Assembly: GCA_965215185.1 (NCBI GenBank)
Contig: OZ244034.1
Span: 1,952,001 to 2,016,000 of the forward strand
Direction of reading: 5' to 3'
DNA length: 64,000 nucleotides
DNA from: Acidimicrobiia bacterium
Lineage (GTDB): Bacteria > Actinomycetota > Acidimicrobiia > Spongiisociales > ZC4RG35
Shown here: positions 43,075 to 53,967 of the stretch, piece after piece
Numbering within the stretch: the first letter of the stretch is position 1
Layout: each line of letters opens with the position of its first letter
Translations under genes and position numbers: made by a program
Notes under the pieces: generated by a model
The model's database searches: none
What the model was told of the DNA's origin: nothing
The model's input: the letters and a program-made list of their open reading frames with translations, nothing else

Positions 43075-43547
43075 GTACCGACCTCCTACCGTATCTCAAC
43101 GCTATCTCTTGTTCAAGCTCCCCAGCACCGTTCAGCCGCCGTCAAGCCCTCTTCTCCTGCACCATCCGTACCACCTGGCTCTGGGGATTCCGGGTCGGGA
43201 TGGCAGAGAGGGCATCAAGCCACTCAATCAAACTCACTTAAGGCTTTCAGCAATTTCATGACGATGAGGTGTGGAATGTTAACCACCTCCCTTGATCTGC
43301 GCATTAGCTGGCGATGCCGTTCGGAAGGTCCACATCTAAACCGAGAGAACATCTTGCCTGCGGAGACCCTAATTTGTTGGATGTGGGGATCGGCCTGAAG
43401 ACCCAAAGGGAGAACTGACCCGTGGACAACCCGGCGGGCCTGTTCGACCAAAACCTCGACCGTTAGGAAACGGACCAGCAACGGGTCACCGACATCGAGC
43501 GCCACGAGGCGTTTTCTGACCGTGCGGTGGTGAAAGGACACCTTGGT

Positions 43548-43642
43548 TGGTGGGCTGTTGGCCACCACCTCTGACCTGGGGCTTAGATGGGGGTTCGGGG
43601 AGGACACCACAATTCTGAGAGGGGGGACACCACAATTGGAAA
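43548..43642 (+). repeat. att-like left-end repeat, copy 7
   Basis: TGGTGGGCTGTTGGCCACCACCTCTGACCTG..2x GGACACCACAATT. Confidence 0.85.
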
Positions 43643-43994
43643 GCTGCTGAAACACCCACCCGTCCAAGGCTGATGTCACTTCCCTGCCTGAAGAACTCAG
43701 ACCTGCTATCGCAAGCAAGATTCTTTACCGCTGAAAGACTGGCATCCATGTGGGAGAGGGAAGCCCATCCTGACGGACAGTCGACTCTCGAAGAAGCCAG
43801 AACCTCCCACGCGAGTCGTCGGAACCGGAATTCCCCTTATCCTCCCCTGCGGAATCGGTACGTATTTTGTCAACACGAATACATTCACATCAAAGGGGAT
43901 CTTCTCTCGGGAACCTCCTCGAACCCCAAACCCGGTGAACGATCAGGGCCGACCAAGGGTATCGTCGAATCGATGAACTGCTAAACGACCCAAC

Positions 43995-44564
43995 ATGAAC
44001 GGACAACCCATATCTATCTTGTTGCTAGGGCTTGTCGTGTGCGTATCCTGTTCAACAGCACAAGATGTCATCTCAAATACCATCTCGGAAGACATCAAAG
44101 TAGCTCCTTCCGAAAAAGCCGCCGCAAAAGGTGCCTGCAGCAGCAAGGGTGCTCGGGAACTGGTCGAAGAGTTCCTCTCCGCTTACTCCACGGGTTCGAG
44201 TAGCGCCAGTCTAACCGACCGTTTCTTTGCGCCTGATGATCGATTCCAGTGGTTCTACGATGCCCTGACTCGCCACGGTGAAGAGGCCACGGATCGTTCG
44301 AGCCTCGACTCATACTTCGCGCAACAACACGCGAGTGGAGACAATCTGCGGCTTGTGAGCTTCTCCTACGGATATCGTGATGAGGACAACACAGGCCACT
44401 TTGGGATGGTGCTCTCCCGCAATGAGCTAGTTCTTAATGGGAAGGGTGCCATTGACTGCGATTCGGGCAAGATCATGGTCTGGGCCACCGATCCTGCATC
44501 GTCGACTTCAAAAACGCAAGAGTCCATGGCAATTGGTGGTCGTGGTCAGTCGGTGGGATATTAG
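43995..44564 (+). CDS. putative lipoprotein
   Basis: hydrophobic N-terminus ending VSC; otherwise unrecognised. Confidence 0.6.
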   Translation: MNGQPISILLLGLVVCVSCSTAQDVISNTISEDIKVAPSEKAAAKGACSSKGARELVEEFLSAYSTGSSSASLTDRFFAPDDRFQWFYDALTRHGEEATDRSSLDSYFAQQHASGDNLRLVSFSYGYRDEDNTGHFGMVLSRNELVLNGKGAIDCDSGKIMVWATDPASSTSKTQESMAIGGRGQSVGY

Positions 44565-44610
44565 CCACCACCCCTTAGCAATAGTGGTGGGTGTTGGCCA
44601 CCACCCCTTA
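44551..44610 (+). repeat. two tandem att-like cores (copies 8-9)
   Basis: GGTGGGATATTAGCCACCACCCCTTAG and TGGTGGGTGTTGGCCACCACCCCTTAG. Confidence 0.7.
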
Positions 44611-44835
44611 GTGGGGAGGGGGTTCGGTTTCGGTGGGAGTATCACCACGATCACTCCCCACTAATCTCCCATGAGCCGCCAAAACCTCTCGGTCGCGCTT
44701 GTTTGCGACCCGCGCGCTCTTGCAGTTGGATTGACAGGATCGAGACGCGGTACTCGTCGATGTGTACACAGGTGGCCGATCTCACGCTACTTGGCGAATG
44801 ATTCAGTGCGGAGGTACTGAGGTGAGGAGCGGCTG

Positions 44836-45343
44836 CTACGATGTGGAAGTCGTTACGGTAACGCCAGTCTCGGCGGGCGTGGTCGGCTCCCACCCTGCAC
44901 CGCTCCACCTGAAGAGGAACGTGGTTGCTTTCCCGATACCGAAACCCTCTTCTATCCAGATGTCGATAGCTGCTACATCGTCCGCTGGGAGGTGAGTGCG
45001 CATCACGTCAAAGAAAGTCGCACCGTGGGCATAGGTGCCATCAGGCCCAGTCGCATCCTGGAGTTCTTGGTATGAGAGAAACTTGACCATCCGTTCCAAA
45101 CGCATCCTCCAGCGCGCCCCTCAGGTCGGCGCCCGCATGTAGGTAGGCGTACACGGGCCTCGCGTCACAGGACAGCGACAAACAGGCGGCAGACAAAGCG
45201 CGGGCCTGGATCTCAATTCTTGTCGCTGGGGACAGGTCCGGGTTACTGATGTCCTCACTACCATGTCCGCACGAGAGAGCAAGGATGCTCAGGGCGATGG
45301 CGACGGCGTGTACGGGACTGACCCTGGTGTTACCAGCCCTCAT
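44836..45343 (-). pseudogene. putative lipoprotein, frameshifted
   Basis: lipobox-like LALSC; overlapping ORFs 45041-45397 and 44836-45105. Confidence 0.45.
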
Positions 45344-45480
45344 AGTCCCCCAAGAGCCTCCTGTGGATAAAGTCCTCAGCCGGTACCCGCGACTCAAACG
45401 CCTGCTCTAAAAGCACCTTGACTTCCTCCGACCAATCCCCATCTGGTCCCCATCTGGTCCCCATTCGGCACCTCGTTGAA

Positions 45481-45864
45481 TCAGGCGCCCAACTTCCTGG
45501 GCAAACAGATCGGGCGGCCACCGGAGCGTGTAATGCTGGTTCTCCGCAAAGTAGGACATGGATTGCCTCGGATGGTATATCTGTAGGGTTTCGAAACTAA
45601 CGACACAACTGGCCCGCTTGCACGAAACCCACCGTTAACACTGATGACGATCAGTGAAAATCCCCAAGGGGAGAGTGGAACCCTGAGAAATCGCCCAGCA
45701 CGTAGCGTCTTTGCGTGGCTCGATATGTCATAAAAGAACTCGCCGGCCCACTCATGCGCCCCGGCGTGCATCCAACTTGGGATGCCCTCGCAAAGCGTCT
45801 CATATTCCCGGATAGCATCCTTGTCGGCCCGTACAGAAAGCGGATATCTCGACACCTCGGACAC
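45481..45864 (-). pseudogene. N-terminal fragment of a hypothetical (possibly Abi-associated) protein
   Basis: PLSVR..LCEGIPSWM start; degenerates downstream. Confidence 0.35.
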
Positions 45865-45875
45865 GACGCCGAGTC

Positions 45876-45970
45876 TATGGGCAGTTTAGCCACCACCCCT
45901 GACCTGCGGTTCTGTAGGGGGTTTCAGAAGCGTGTCACACTTTAACAGGGAGCGTGTCACACTTCGGGAC
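45876..45970 (+). repeat. att-like left-end repeat, copy 10 (GCGTGTCACACTT subtype)
   Basis: GGGCAGTTTAGCCACCACCCCTGACCTG..2x GCGTGTCACACTT. Confidence 0.8.
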
Positions 45971-46169
45971 CCACAATAGCCCCATTTACCCCCGAATTGG
46001 ACGACTTGGCGGATCCACGGCACGACGCCCCGCAGAGATCGGGGGTTCACCAGAGCCGCCAAAGCGCGAGGGCGCCACCCCCGAACCTGATCTGAACGGA
46101 ACAGGCACTGCCTGTATCGCCGAGGAAAGCCCTTCCATCAGCAGCTTGGAGAGAGCCCTGCCCAGCAAC

Positions 46170-46586
46170 GGGCATTTGCCTCAGCAGGTGGGGAATTTCG
46201 ATGATCGTCATCAGCATCTAGTGGCAGTTGAGACCTGGGGCGAAGAAGGCTGTTTCGAGTTCGCCCACTTCACAGACAAGGAACTGGCACTGGCCATCCG
46301 TCGAATAGCACACGAGCGAAAGCAGACAGTCCCACCACAGGAGCAGATCGAGAAAGCTCTTACAACTCACCGCAAGAACAAACAAGACATCGGGAAGGTG
46401 TGGAATAACTGGGAGTGGCAACCATCTAAGGTCAAACTAGCGAAGGAAACCTGGCCCATCCTTCTTCGCAACCTCGCCGAACAGGATCACATGGAGATTC
46501 CTATAGGCAGGACCATCCAAACCATTGTTGACCTTGTTGGCCCAACCAAGCGAGCCACCCACATGAGAACCAACGACACAACCTGA
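46170..46586 (+). pseudogene. C-terminal fragment of an unidentified protein
   Basis: protein-like CFEFAHFTDKEL..SKVKLAK; no credible start. Confidence 0.35.
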
Positions 46587-47004
46587 CCCGCTTTGTCCCT
46601 TCGACTGAACGGTCTGTGAAGAACAGCAGAATGGGTGTTACACCTAGGCCGTTTCTACAAGCACCGTCCGATCATTTGCACCCGCGGGTATCGTGGAACA
46701 TCCATGGATTCCACTCCAGTTGCCATTCCCCCATCCCAAGAGATCCCTGACTTTGGAGGAGGTGCTGATTCGCTCCGAACAGGGCAAACAGCGCCTGGTC
46801 GCGGCGGGAATGTCGACTACTCCGAAGATCGAACGGAGACTTGCGTGGAAACGCTCCCGAGGGATTGACACCACAGTGGAAGAACGACTCTGCACCAGGT
46901 TCAAGGGGTCGTCGCAACACTGTTTTGCTGGGTGGAATGTAGGAGTTCGTCGAGGGATTCGGCCATAGGAGCATCAACGGCCCGGCCGTGAAATCGATCG
47001 CCAC

Positions 47005-47185
47005 AACTGGTTCGCAGCCCGGCCCCATCTCGCGCACGTGCGCACCCGCCACTGTGCCCCGCACACCGACGGTGTCGTCGAGCGCTGGTTCGAGTTGCTG
47101 AAATGCGAGCGCCTCTACCGCTGCGATATCGCCAACGGGATCGGCCTCGCCGCACACGTCGCCGCATTCATCGACGGATGCAAAC
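47005..47185 (+). pseudogene. IS3/IS481-type integrase core fragment
   Basis: HVRTRHCAPHTDGVVERWFELLKCERLYR. Confidence 0.7.
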
Positions 47186-47249
47186 TACCGACCGCGCACC
47201 CTCTGTGAGCCGGCGTCCACTTCAAGAAACAGTTCAGCGATCCGCGAGG

Positions 47250-47804
47250 TTAGGTCCACGGCAGCCACCAGTCGGGGGTGCCTTTGTCCAATATCCTGTG
47301 ATGGAAGTAGACCCGATGGTGGGCACAGGTAGATGGCGCGTTTTTCATGGCCCGATCCCAGAAAAACGACCCGAGTATTCCGGTGTCGGAAAACAACACC
47401 CAGTCCTCGTCGAGGCTGTGGTTCCACACCCATTCTGGGACAGCTATGTTGTGCCGATCAGCGAGCGCATGAACCACCGTAGCGATAGAAGGCAACAGGT
47501 AAAGGTCGGACCCTTCATAGGAAGGAGACTTCTCGATCGTGTCCGCTTTAGCGGGTGAGCTGTTCCAGTCGGCTACGAATTGCAGCAAGGGGGCGCGATA
47601 GGCTTCGAACAGCGTCTCTCCCACCATGTGCTGCGGCAAGTCAGCGGCGGCGAGGCGGCGCACCCGAAAAGAAGGCTTGCGCCTAATGGGCGCCTCGGAT
47701 GTAGGGCGGATGGGAAAGTTCAACTCGCTAGGCATAATCTGTTCCTCCCAACCCCAGTTTAACGGGAACCCAATATGGGACACCGGGGGGATATCCCTGT
47801 TCAA
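47250..47804 (-). CDS. hypothetical protein (antitoxin-like C-terminal domain)
   Basis: IATVVHALAD..VPEWV..HRVYF. Confidence 0.5.
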   Translation of the reverse strand: MNRDIPPVSHIGFPLNWGWEEQIMPSELNFPIRPTSEAPIRRKPSFRVRRLAAADLPQHMVGETLFEAYRAPLLQFVADWNSSPAKADTIEKSPSYEGSDLYLLPSIATVVHALADRHNIAVPEWVWNHSLDEDWVLFSDTGILGSFFWDRAMKNAPSTCAHHRVYFHHRILDKGTPDWWLPWT

Positions 47805-48045
47805 CCTCTCTTATGCGCTACTTTCAATCCGGAGTGTTTCATGGATCCCCTGGCCCAGAAACCCACATTCTTGACTTTCAGGTCCTCCACTGCAACCCGC
47901 CTGATGGTCTCCTCCGTTGCCTAGCTTCAAATGATAAATCTCCTGAGGCAGGTTTCGCCATTCCGTAGGCCGGATGCGCTCCCGCTGTGAGGGGTGTTTA
48001 CAAGCCACGCCGCGACCGAGTCACCGACCGGAGAGAAAGTTGGGC

Positions 48046-48321
48046 TTAGGGAAGGGCCCGGATGATGAACGACGCCATCTGCGCCCGGGTAACCGACTGG
48101 TCCGGGCAGTACAGGAGCGGCTGGGCGGAGCATCCCTTGGTCACTCTCACCCGGTAGAGGCCTTCCACCACCGACCAGTCGGCGTTGTTCACGTCGTCGA
48201 ACAGTCCCTGTGGACTGTCAATGGGGGTGATGTGTTCGAACATGCGGGTCAGCCACCGGGCCATCTCCAACCGGGTCAAAGGGTCGTTGGGACGCCACAC
48301 GGCGCTGGCGCGAAAATACAC
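48046..48321 (-). pseudogene. S-layer homology (SLH) domain fragment
   Basis: LTRLEMA..FDDV..GC..YCPDQSVTRAQMASF. Confidence 0.75.
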
Positions 48322-48435
48322 AAGCGCAGGTCACGGGGTTGCCGCCGAAGGGCTTTAACACGGTTTAAGTCCAAAAGTGACACGGTCGTATTTCCCTTAC
48401 ACACCGAACCCAGTTCCCGCCGTGAGGTTGAGGCC

Positions 48436-48813
48436 CTATGCCAATTGGTAGTAGAGGTGCTTCCCCACCAGGTCCGTCAACTGCTCCTCGTCTAGTTGGT
48501 GGGAGGCGTAACCCAGCATCATCCAGGCCGCTACGTCTGTGTCGCAAGCCAAGACCCATCCATTGAGTATTGCGAAGAGGTTGGCTGTCCCCCAGCCAGT
48601 CGGGCGATGTCCTTCGTGTCTTGTTCCCGTCTGGATCTGCACGACGCTCGCCGCGTAGAACCTGATGTGTTTTGGTCTAAAGATCGCCTGATCCAGGAGC
48701 CCCTCGCTACGCAACCCGAAGCGGCCACCATGCATCTCTATCGCCCGGTCATGGATATCCAGGACATCCTCAACAGGGACCCAGATCGGATCCTCTCCCT
48801 CCACTTTCTTCAC
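48436..48813 (-). pseudogene. Doc/Fic toxin with its catalytic region deleted
   Basis: VLDIHDRAIEMHGG..LRSEGLLDQAI.RP and FAILNGW, but no HxFxxGNxR motif. Confidence 0.7.
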
Positions 48814-48827
48814 CTTATTCGACGGGA

Positions 48828-49004
48828 TCAGGCATCAGCGAGGATCTGGAGCAACTCGCCATCCCTCTCGAAGATCATGTCGATAGCGCCCTGCCGCTCC
48901 TCTTTGGTCAGAGGCTTCTCCCGTAGCCGCAGGCGGTTCTCCACCCGGTACCGTCGCTCTTCCTCCGGTGTCCTTCCGTTGGGATTCAGGTTGTCGTCCA
49001 TGGC
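48828..49004 (-). CDS. small antitoxin upstream of doc
   Basis: position, and C-terminal IFERDGELLQILA like Doc partners. Confidence 0.55.
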   Translation of the reverse strand, partial: AMDDNLNPNGRTPEEERRYRVENRLRLREKPLTKEERQGAIDMIFERDGELLQILADA

Positions 49005-49089
49005 ATGCTCGATGGTGGCTAACGGGTATACACCTAATATCCTACGCCCGCTGCCGATCGCAGACAGGGCGTTTGCCGGTGTCCACACC

Positions 49090-50011
49090 CATTTGAATCA
49101 AAGCGTACGCGTAGTACAACCTGACCCTCGGGGTGCTCCCACCGAAATATGTTCCCCACGGCAGAGCCATTCCCGCCCAAAACGACAACGCTCTCAACGG
49201 CCTCAACGCCCTCGAAAACTTCCCCAACCTCAAAGAAATCATCGCCGACATAGGATACACCATCTACGGAGAAGCCTTTGTGCGGCCTCTCCACCAAATG
49301 GGCATCAACGTGGTCATGGACTACAAGGAAGCCCACCAAAAGAAAATCAAGACAGTCACGATAGGACCCGAGGACAACGAACAGATACTGCTGCTCCACT
49401 GCGGCACCTTCCTCGTAGAGTGAACACCCGAACGCTTCTGGATACCACCCCAAGACCTGACCGGCGAAAAACTAGCCGAATGGTACGCCAAACGGGCCAA
49501 ACACCGATGGACACCCATCGGCAAACCCGACAAGAACGGTGCTATCCGATTCCGCTGCCCACAATGCGACGGCAGAGTCAAAACCAACGCCAAAACCCGC
49601 ATCCGCAGCAAAAGATCCCAACGCAAAGCACCCTACGCCACCACCATCGACCAGGAATACTGCTGCAAAGGCACCCTAACCATCCCCGTCGAAGAACTCG
49701 ACACCTACCAGCACATCCCCTTCGGCACTCCCGCCTGGAAAACACGGTACGGCGGACGAATGCAAATCGAGAACCTCAACAGCCTCGTAAAAAACGACCG
49801 CGGTCTCAAAGACGGCTGGTGCCGGGCACTCCGACAAGCCGCCCACAACTTCGGACTCCTCGCTCTGCTAATCGCTCACAACCTACGCCAACCCAACAAC
49901 TTCGACAACGACGACGAACCACACAGCGAGCAGCCACCCACCCCCAGGGCATGTCTTTCCAGAACACCAGATGTCGCTAACGGGTTAACAACCCGAGGCC
50001 CACCCCCCTAA
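49090..50011 (+). pseudogene. DDE transposase (IS4/IS5/IS1182-like), 5'-truncated, TGA at 49421
   Basis: IIADIGYT; CPQC..CC insertion; Y-GG-R-MQI-E-NLNSLV-K (YREK motif); HNL. Confidence 0.8.
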
Positions 50012-50200
50012 CACACCCCCGGGGCGATTAGAACCGACAGCAACCAACCCTGCTGTCAGCTTTAGCGCGCCCGGAAAACCAAAACCCGGCACCTAACCTG
50101 TCCCAAACCCTCTTCGGATAGCTCACCCCACCTCCAAAAACGGGCACCACCCCAAAACCGCCTAAAACCGCCCCCACCAGCTAAATCGCCAACGAATTCG
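50012..50200 (+). mobile_element. right end of the transposase-bearing element
   Basis: homologous to 63650-63860; ends CTAAATCGCCAACGAATT; truncates a DUF86-like gene. Confidence 0.8.
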
Positions 50201-50282
50201 TCATTCGCCTCAGGAGATCCATGGCGCGTTGGGCCTTCCTTGTTATAAGATCCAGGTAGGCTAGGACATCATTTCCGGGCAT
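50200..50282 (-). pseudogene. N-terminal stub of a DUF86/HepT-like gene
   Basis: MPGNDVLAYLDLITRKAQRA overlapping the MNT stop. Confidence 0.5.
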
Positions 50283-50635
50283 AGAGTTGCATCTTTTGAT
50301 CATCCACTGCCCGTTTGAAGTATTCGTTGTCAACGCAACCATAGGTTCCAATATCGATCCGCGCTCGCCCTTCCTTTGACGTCAGATAGTCCACGAATAT
50401 ATCTTCTAGGGCTACGGTCAGAGCGCGGTAATTGACTGGATATACGGCGCCCTCCCCCTTGGTTGGTATCCCACGAAGGTAGTGTTCCGGCGGCCCATCG
50501 TAATGGTTTCTGGCTTCTGGCGTGAAGTCAACCATGAAATCAAGGTCGGACTCTCCAGGTCGGTAATCATCGGTCACTGCCGAACCGTACAGGTAGAGGC
50601 ATTCCACGCGATATTGTTGACATGCCGCCTCGGGC
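50269..50635 (-). CDS. minimal nucleotidyltransferase (MntA-like); start damaged
   Basis: CQQYRVECLYLYGSAV..ESDLDFMVDF..NEYFKRAV. Confidence 0.75.
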
Positions 50636-50668
50636 TAACCGCGGTCCAAAGTAGGGTAGTGGTTCAGT

Positions 50669-51112
50669 TTGACCCTCCGACCTGCGGATTCGCCCTTCAA
50701 ACTGAACCACTACCCATTGTTGGAACAGCCCATGCCCGAGTATCGCGAACCCGCCGACACGCCTCTCCCAGATCGAATACCCCCGGTGTTTTGGTGGATG
50801 TTCTGGTCCGGGCCAGACCCGATGTTTCTTCGTTTGCCGGAGCACGCTTGGTATATGGCCTCTCGGATGCTATCTCCGAAAGGCTCCCGCCGACACCTCC
50901 CGGCAGAGACTTGGGCGTTGGAACACCTACCTGACTGGGCGATGGACCGCTTGTTGGGTTCCCGGGGGTACGACGATACGCCCACCGAGGAGCGTATGGA
51001 ACTGAGACTCTCCCATCCCGATGCCGGATCAGTCGTTTTGGATTTGCAACTGAGGGTTCTCGACGCTGGCTGTTTGCCTGTAGGTGGTGGTGGAATACCC
51101 GGGAGGATGTGA
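50669..51112 (+). CDS. hypothetical protein
   Basis: protein-like ORF (RIPPVFWWMFWSG..). Confidence 0.45.
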   Translation: MTLRPADSPFKLNHYPLLEQPMPEYREPADTPLPDRIPPVFWWMFWSGPDPMFLRLPEHAWYMASRMLSPKGSRRHLPAETWALEHLPDWAMDRLLGSRGYDDTPTEERMELRLSHPDAGSVVLDLQLRVLDAGCLPVGGGGIPGRM

Positions 51113-51772
51113 CGGATTGTCCGGGTGGATGTGGTGGAATACCCGCGAATGTGTGATGGCGGCCCTCCGGGGAGGTGCGGGAAGGCCTGCGGTTGGGTGT
51201 CGGCGGGGAGTGGGTGGGTGTGCTGGTTTGTTGTTTTTCGAGGGTTTTATGTTGCGTTTCCCTTCTGTCCAAGACGTTGCAATGCGCAGATGGGTTTCTG
51301 TTTTGGAGGGCCGTGTGTTCCTTCATTGTATGTGTATCGTATTTTGTGCACGTTGTGTTTATGAGGGGCGGGTGGGTTATGGTGACGGTGTCCCCGTGGC
51401 GTACGGGCTGATTGCCTGTCTTGAAGGTGCGTGCTGGCTGCTTGGGTTGGTCCCCATCCTTTATTGGCTTATCACCAAAGGCAGAGCTTTACTACCTTCT
51501 ATTGATAACTACCGGTACTTGGGCCTAATCCTCTATATCGGTGCCATCTGCTTGGGTTTCCTCCGCTATCAACTAAAAAAGCCTACCGCAATAGCCGCAT
51601 CCTCCGATTCTCACGACCCGCCCCCAACCGAGGATGACGCCAGGCCCGTGGCGGAGGCCATCAACGATCCACCACCGCGCCAACAGGAGAGCGGCGGCCG
51701 AGGGGGTGACACAAAAGCAAGGAGATGGATGTTGGTCGCGGCGGCGCGCAGCGCCTCGCTAGGATCGGTCGC

Positions 51773-52138
51773 ATGACATCGACGCGGGCTAGCAAGGCAG
51801 CCACGGCTTCGCAAGCGGGACTGGAAGAAGCCATCAGAGAAGCGCAGGGCCGCCTCGACGAGTTTTACCCTGCCGATTGGGACTACTACGAGGAGTTGGT
51901 GGCGAAGAACCCGCCCAGCGGCAGGATCACCGTGCCACACAAGATCACGGGGACACTCGTACCCGTTGATCTGCTAACCATTACACCCGACGAGATCGTC
52001 GAACAGTGCGGTATCCCCGATCACATGCGGGAAAGGTCATTACAGGGTTATCGCTTGATACTGCAAGCGCGGTTGCCATATTGGGATCAGAACCTTCTTC
52101 CTAGCACTATCCCTCTATTGGAAGACAGCAACGTCTAG
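51773..52138 (+). CDS. hypothetical protein
   Basis: AGGA upstream of ATG; protein-like composition. Confidence 0.5.
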   Translation: MTSTRASKAATASQAGLEEAIREAQGRLDEFYPADWDYYEELVAKNPPSGRITVPHKITGTLVPVDLLTITPDEIVEQCGIPDHMRERSLQGYRLILQARLPYWDQNLLPSTIPLLEDSNV

Positions 52139-52158
52139 GCACCAATAGGAACCAGAGT

Positions 52159-52230
52159 TGTGGGCAGTTTGCCACCGCCCCTGACCTGGGCGTTAACGGG
52201 AGGTTCCAGGAGCGTGTCACACTTTCTGAC
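52159..52230 (+). repeat. att-like left-end repeat, copy 11
   Basis: GTGGGCAGTTTGCCACCGCCCCTGACCTG..GCGTGTCACACTTT. Confidence 0.8.
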
Positions 52231-53030
52231 CCCGAGCAGTGGCGGTCGACAGCCACGGGAAAGACATCCGGCGCATGCGGGCGCCGCTATGCCCAACCGA
52301 AAACCGAGCTTAGACTTGAGATCCATGCCAGGTTCGGTACAGCATCCAAATGGGAGGCAGCGGGCACCCCTCGACCCCGCCTTTTTCGTTCCATTCCAAC
52401 ATCGGCTACGGTCTTTGTACGGTTCCACGCCGCATCGCATCAGCCACCTGACCGCTATGTCGATGGCGAGAGTCGCTATCCAATCGGGTTTCGCTTTGGA
52501 TGTGTCTGGCCCGCCCGTCGATCCCGAAACAGCTAAACGCTTGAAGGTCTTCCATCGCGAGGAACCCGGCGTAACTCTCATGGTGGGAGCCAACCCTTGG
52601 CATGGGTCCACTTGGATATCTCAACCAGAACGAGCGTTATTGGAATGCCTCCAGGACTCAGACAGGCTCCCGGATGGAGAAACGGTAGGGGCAGAAGTCC
52701 TATTACCGAGGCGAGGCCGTGGTTGCGGAAACTGTCATAGAGATAGCTCACCGCTTGGGATGGGGCAAGCCACTGCGCCGATTGGCGTCGATCGCTGACC
52801 GCATGGACAATTGTCGTGGCGTGTTCTCTGTCAGGCCCGACGGGTTCTTGCACGACAACCAGCGCCTTTTCCTGGACGTGGACGAGGCGCCGTCTGACAG
52901 CGACTGGACTTGCGTTATACCGGCCCGTCACGATCCGCCACCCCGCGGGAGCTTTTTCCTCGACGAAAAACAACGGGTGGTGTGGTGCTGGACGCACCCG
53001 CACGCCCTTTTGGAGGACCTGCTCTATTGA
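52230..53030 (+). pseudogene. AbiEi-like (type IV TA antitoxin) gene, frameshifted near 52705
   Basis: WISQPERALLECL..A.RLGW..LRRLAS; paralogous to 58437-59273. Confidence 0.6.
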
Positions 53031-53047
53031 CCTACGGCGTTGCCCTT

Positions 53048-53073
53048 CTGGCCAGTTTGCCACCACCCCTGAC
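53048..53073 (+). repeat. partial att-like core, copy 12
   Basis: CAGTTTGCCACCACCCCTGAC. Confidence 0.6.
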
Positions 53074-53799
53074 TACGTAGTCCCTAGATGGTGGATCCAA
53101 GAATGGCAATAGACACGCCGATCACCAGACAACCCGCAGCCGCTCGATTGTCGCCAAAACGACCAGCTTTCGCGTGTCGCATCATCGCCGAATACCGAAA
53201 GTCAATAGCGTGGCGGGCCACCCGACAGATCCTCACCCTGCAACCCAGCACCCACGCCAGGAATCAAGGCTTGGTGCGATGACATCTGGAACTTCGAAAC
53301 CCGGGGCGGTTCACCGCTAACCGTGGGCGGGAGCCGAGTGGAACTAGGCCATTGTCCAGGCACTAGTGTGCTGTCTGCTAAGTGGCTGGGAGAGTTAGAG
53401 GGCCAGTGCGCAGGGAATCTGGCTTGGGTAACCCACCCACTCACTTGACAGACACACCCTAGGTTGCTTACTTAGAGTGCCTCTTGTGCCACTTCTCCTT
53501 GCGAGCAGGACTCCTGCGGTCTTTGCTTGGAGCAAATTCGCCGCCCTTTCTTCGACGGACGATCCGGACTTCCTTTTCCTTTCCCATTCTTCTTCACCTC
53601 CTTTCAAATGTGGCGGGGTTGCGCGACCCCGGAATCAAACACGGGATCACCTACTAAAGTGTAATGTCTGCTAAGTAGCAGGGCTGATAAGAAAAACCAG
53701 TGTGCAGGGAGTCCGGCGCGGGTGGGTTACGGTTTCGTTGCGCCTATAGCTATTTCGCAGGCATATCACTAGCACCTATAGGAGCGTTGTGGCAGGCCG

Positions 53800-53868
53800 C
53801 GGTGGGGTGTTTGCCACCATCCCTGACCTGCAGCTTAACCGCGGGTCTCGGGAGGACACCACAATGGA
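53800..53868 (+). repeat. att-like left-end repeat, copy 13
   Basis: GGTGGGGTGTTTGCCACCATCCCTGACCTG..GGACACCACAAT. Confidence 0.8.
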
Positions 53869-53967
53869 GTCGCCCATTTAGAGCACAAAATTGGGGGATG
53901 CAAGAAGCCGCATTAGGGTGGCAACCCGCATGGTAGCGGTTTGTAAAGCATCACTTCGGAGGGGTAA

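Noticed and set aside
43066-43900. Possible toxin gene and ETF-beta start (MNVFVLTKYVP)
   Set aside because: Too short and degraded to assign from motifs alone.
45437-45464. CCCCATCTGGT tandem duplication
   Set aside because: Two and a half 11-bp units in a decayed region; consistent with simple slippage.
49421-49423. In-frame TGA in the transposase as selenocysteine
   Set aside because: No redox motif or SECIS-like hairpin; the gene is also 5'-truncated, so a TGG-to-TGA nonsense mutation is more likely.
48496-49980. 494-aa ORF
   Set aside because: Shadow frame over doc, the antitoxin and the transposase; low-complexity R/P/Q composition.
15048-53868. Dispersed repeats as a CRISPR array or as classical integron attC sites
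   Set aside because: Spacing is mostly hundreds of bases to kilobases and irregular; no cas genes; no RYYYAAC..GTTRRRY boxes and no IntI visible.
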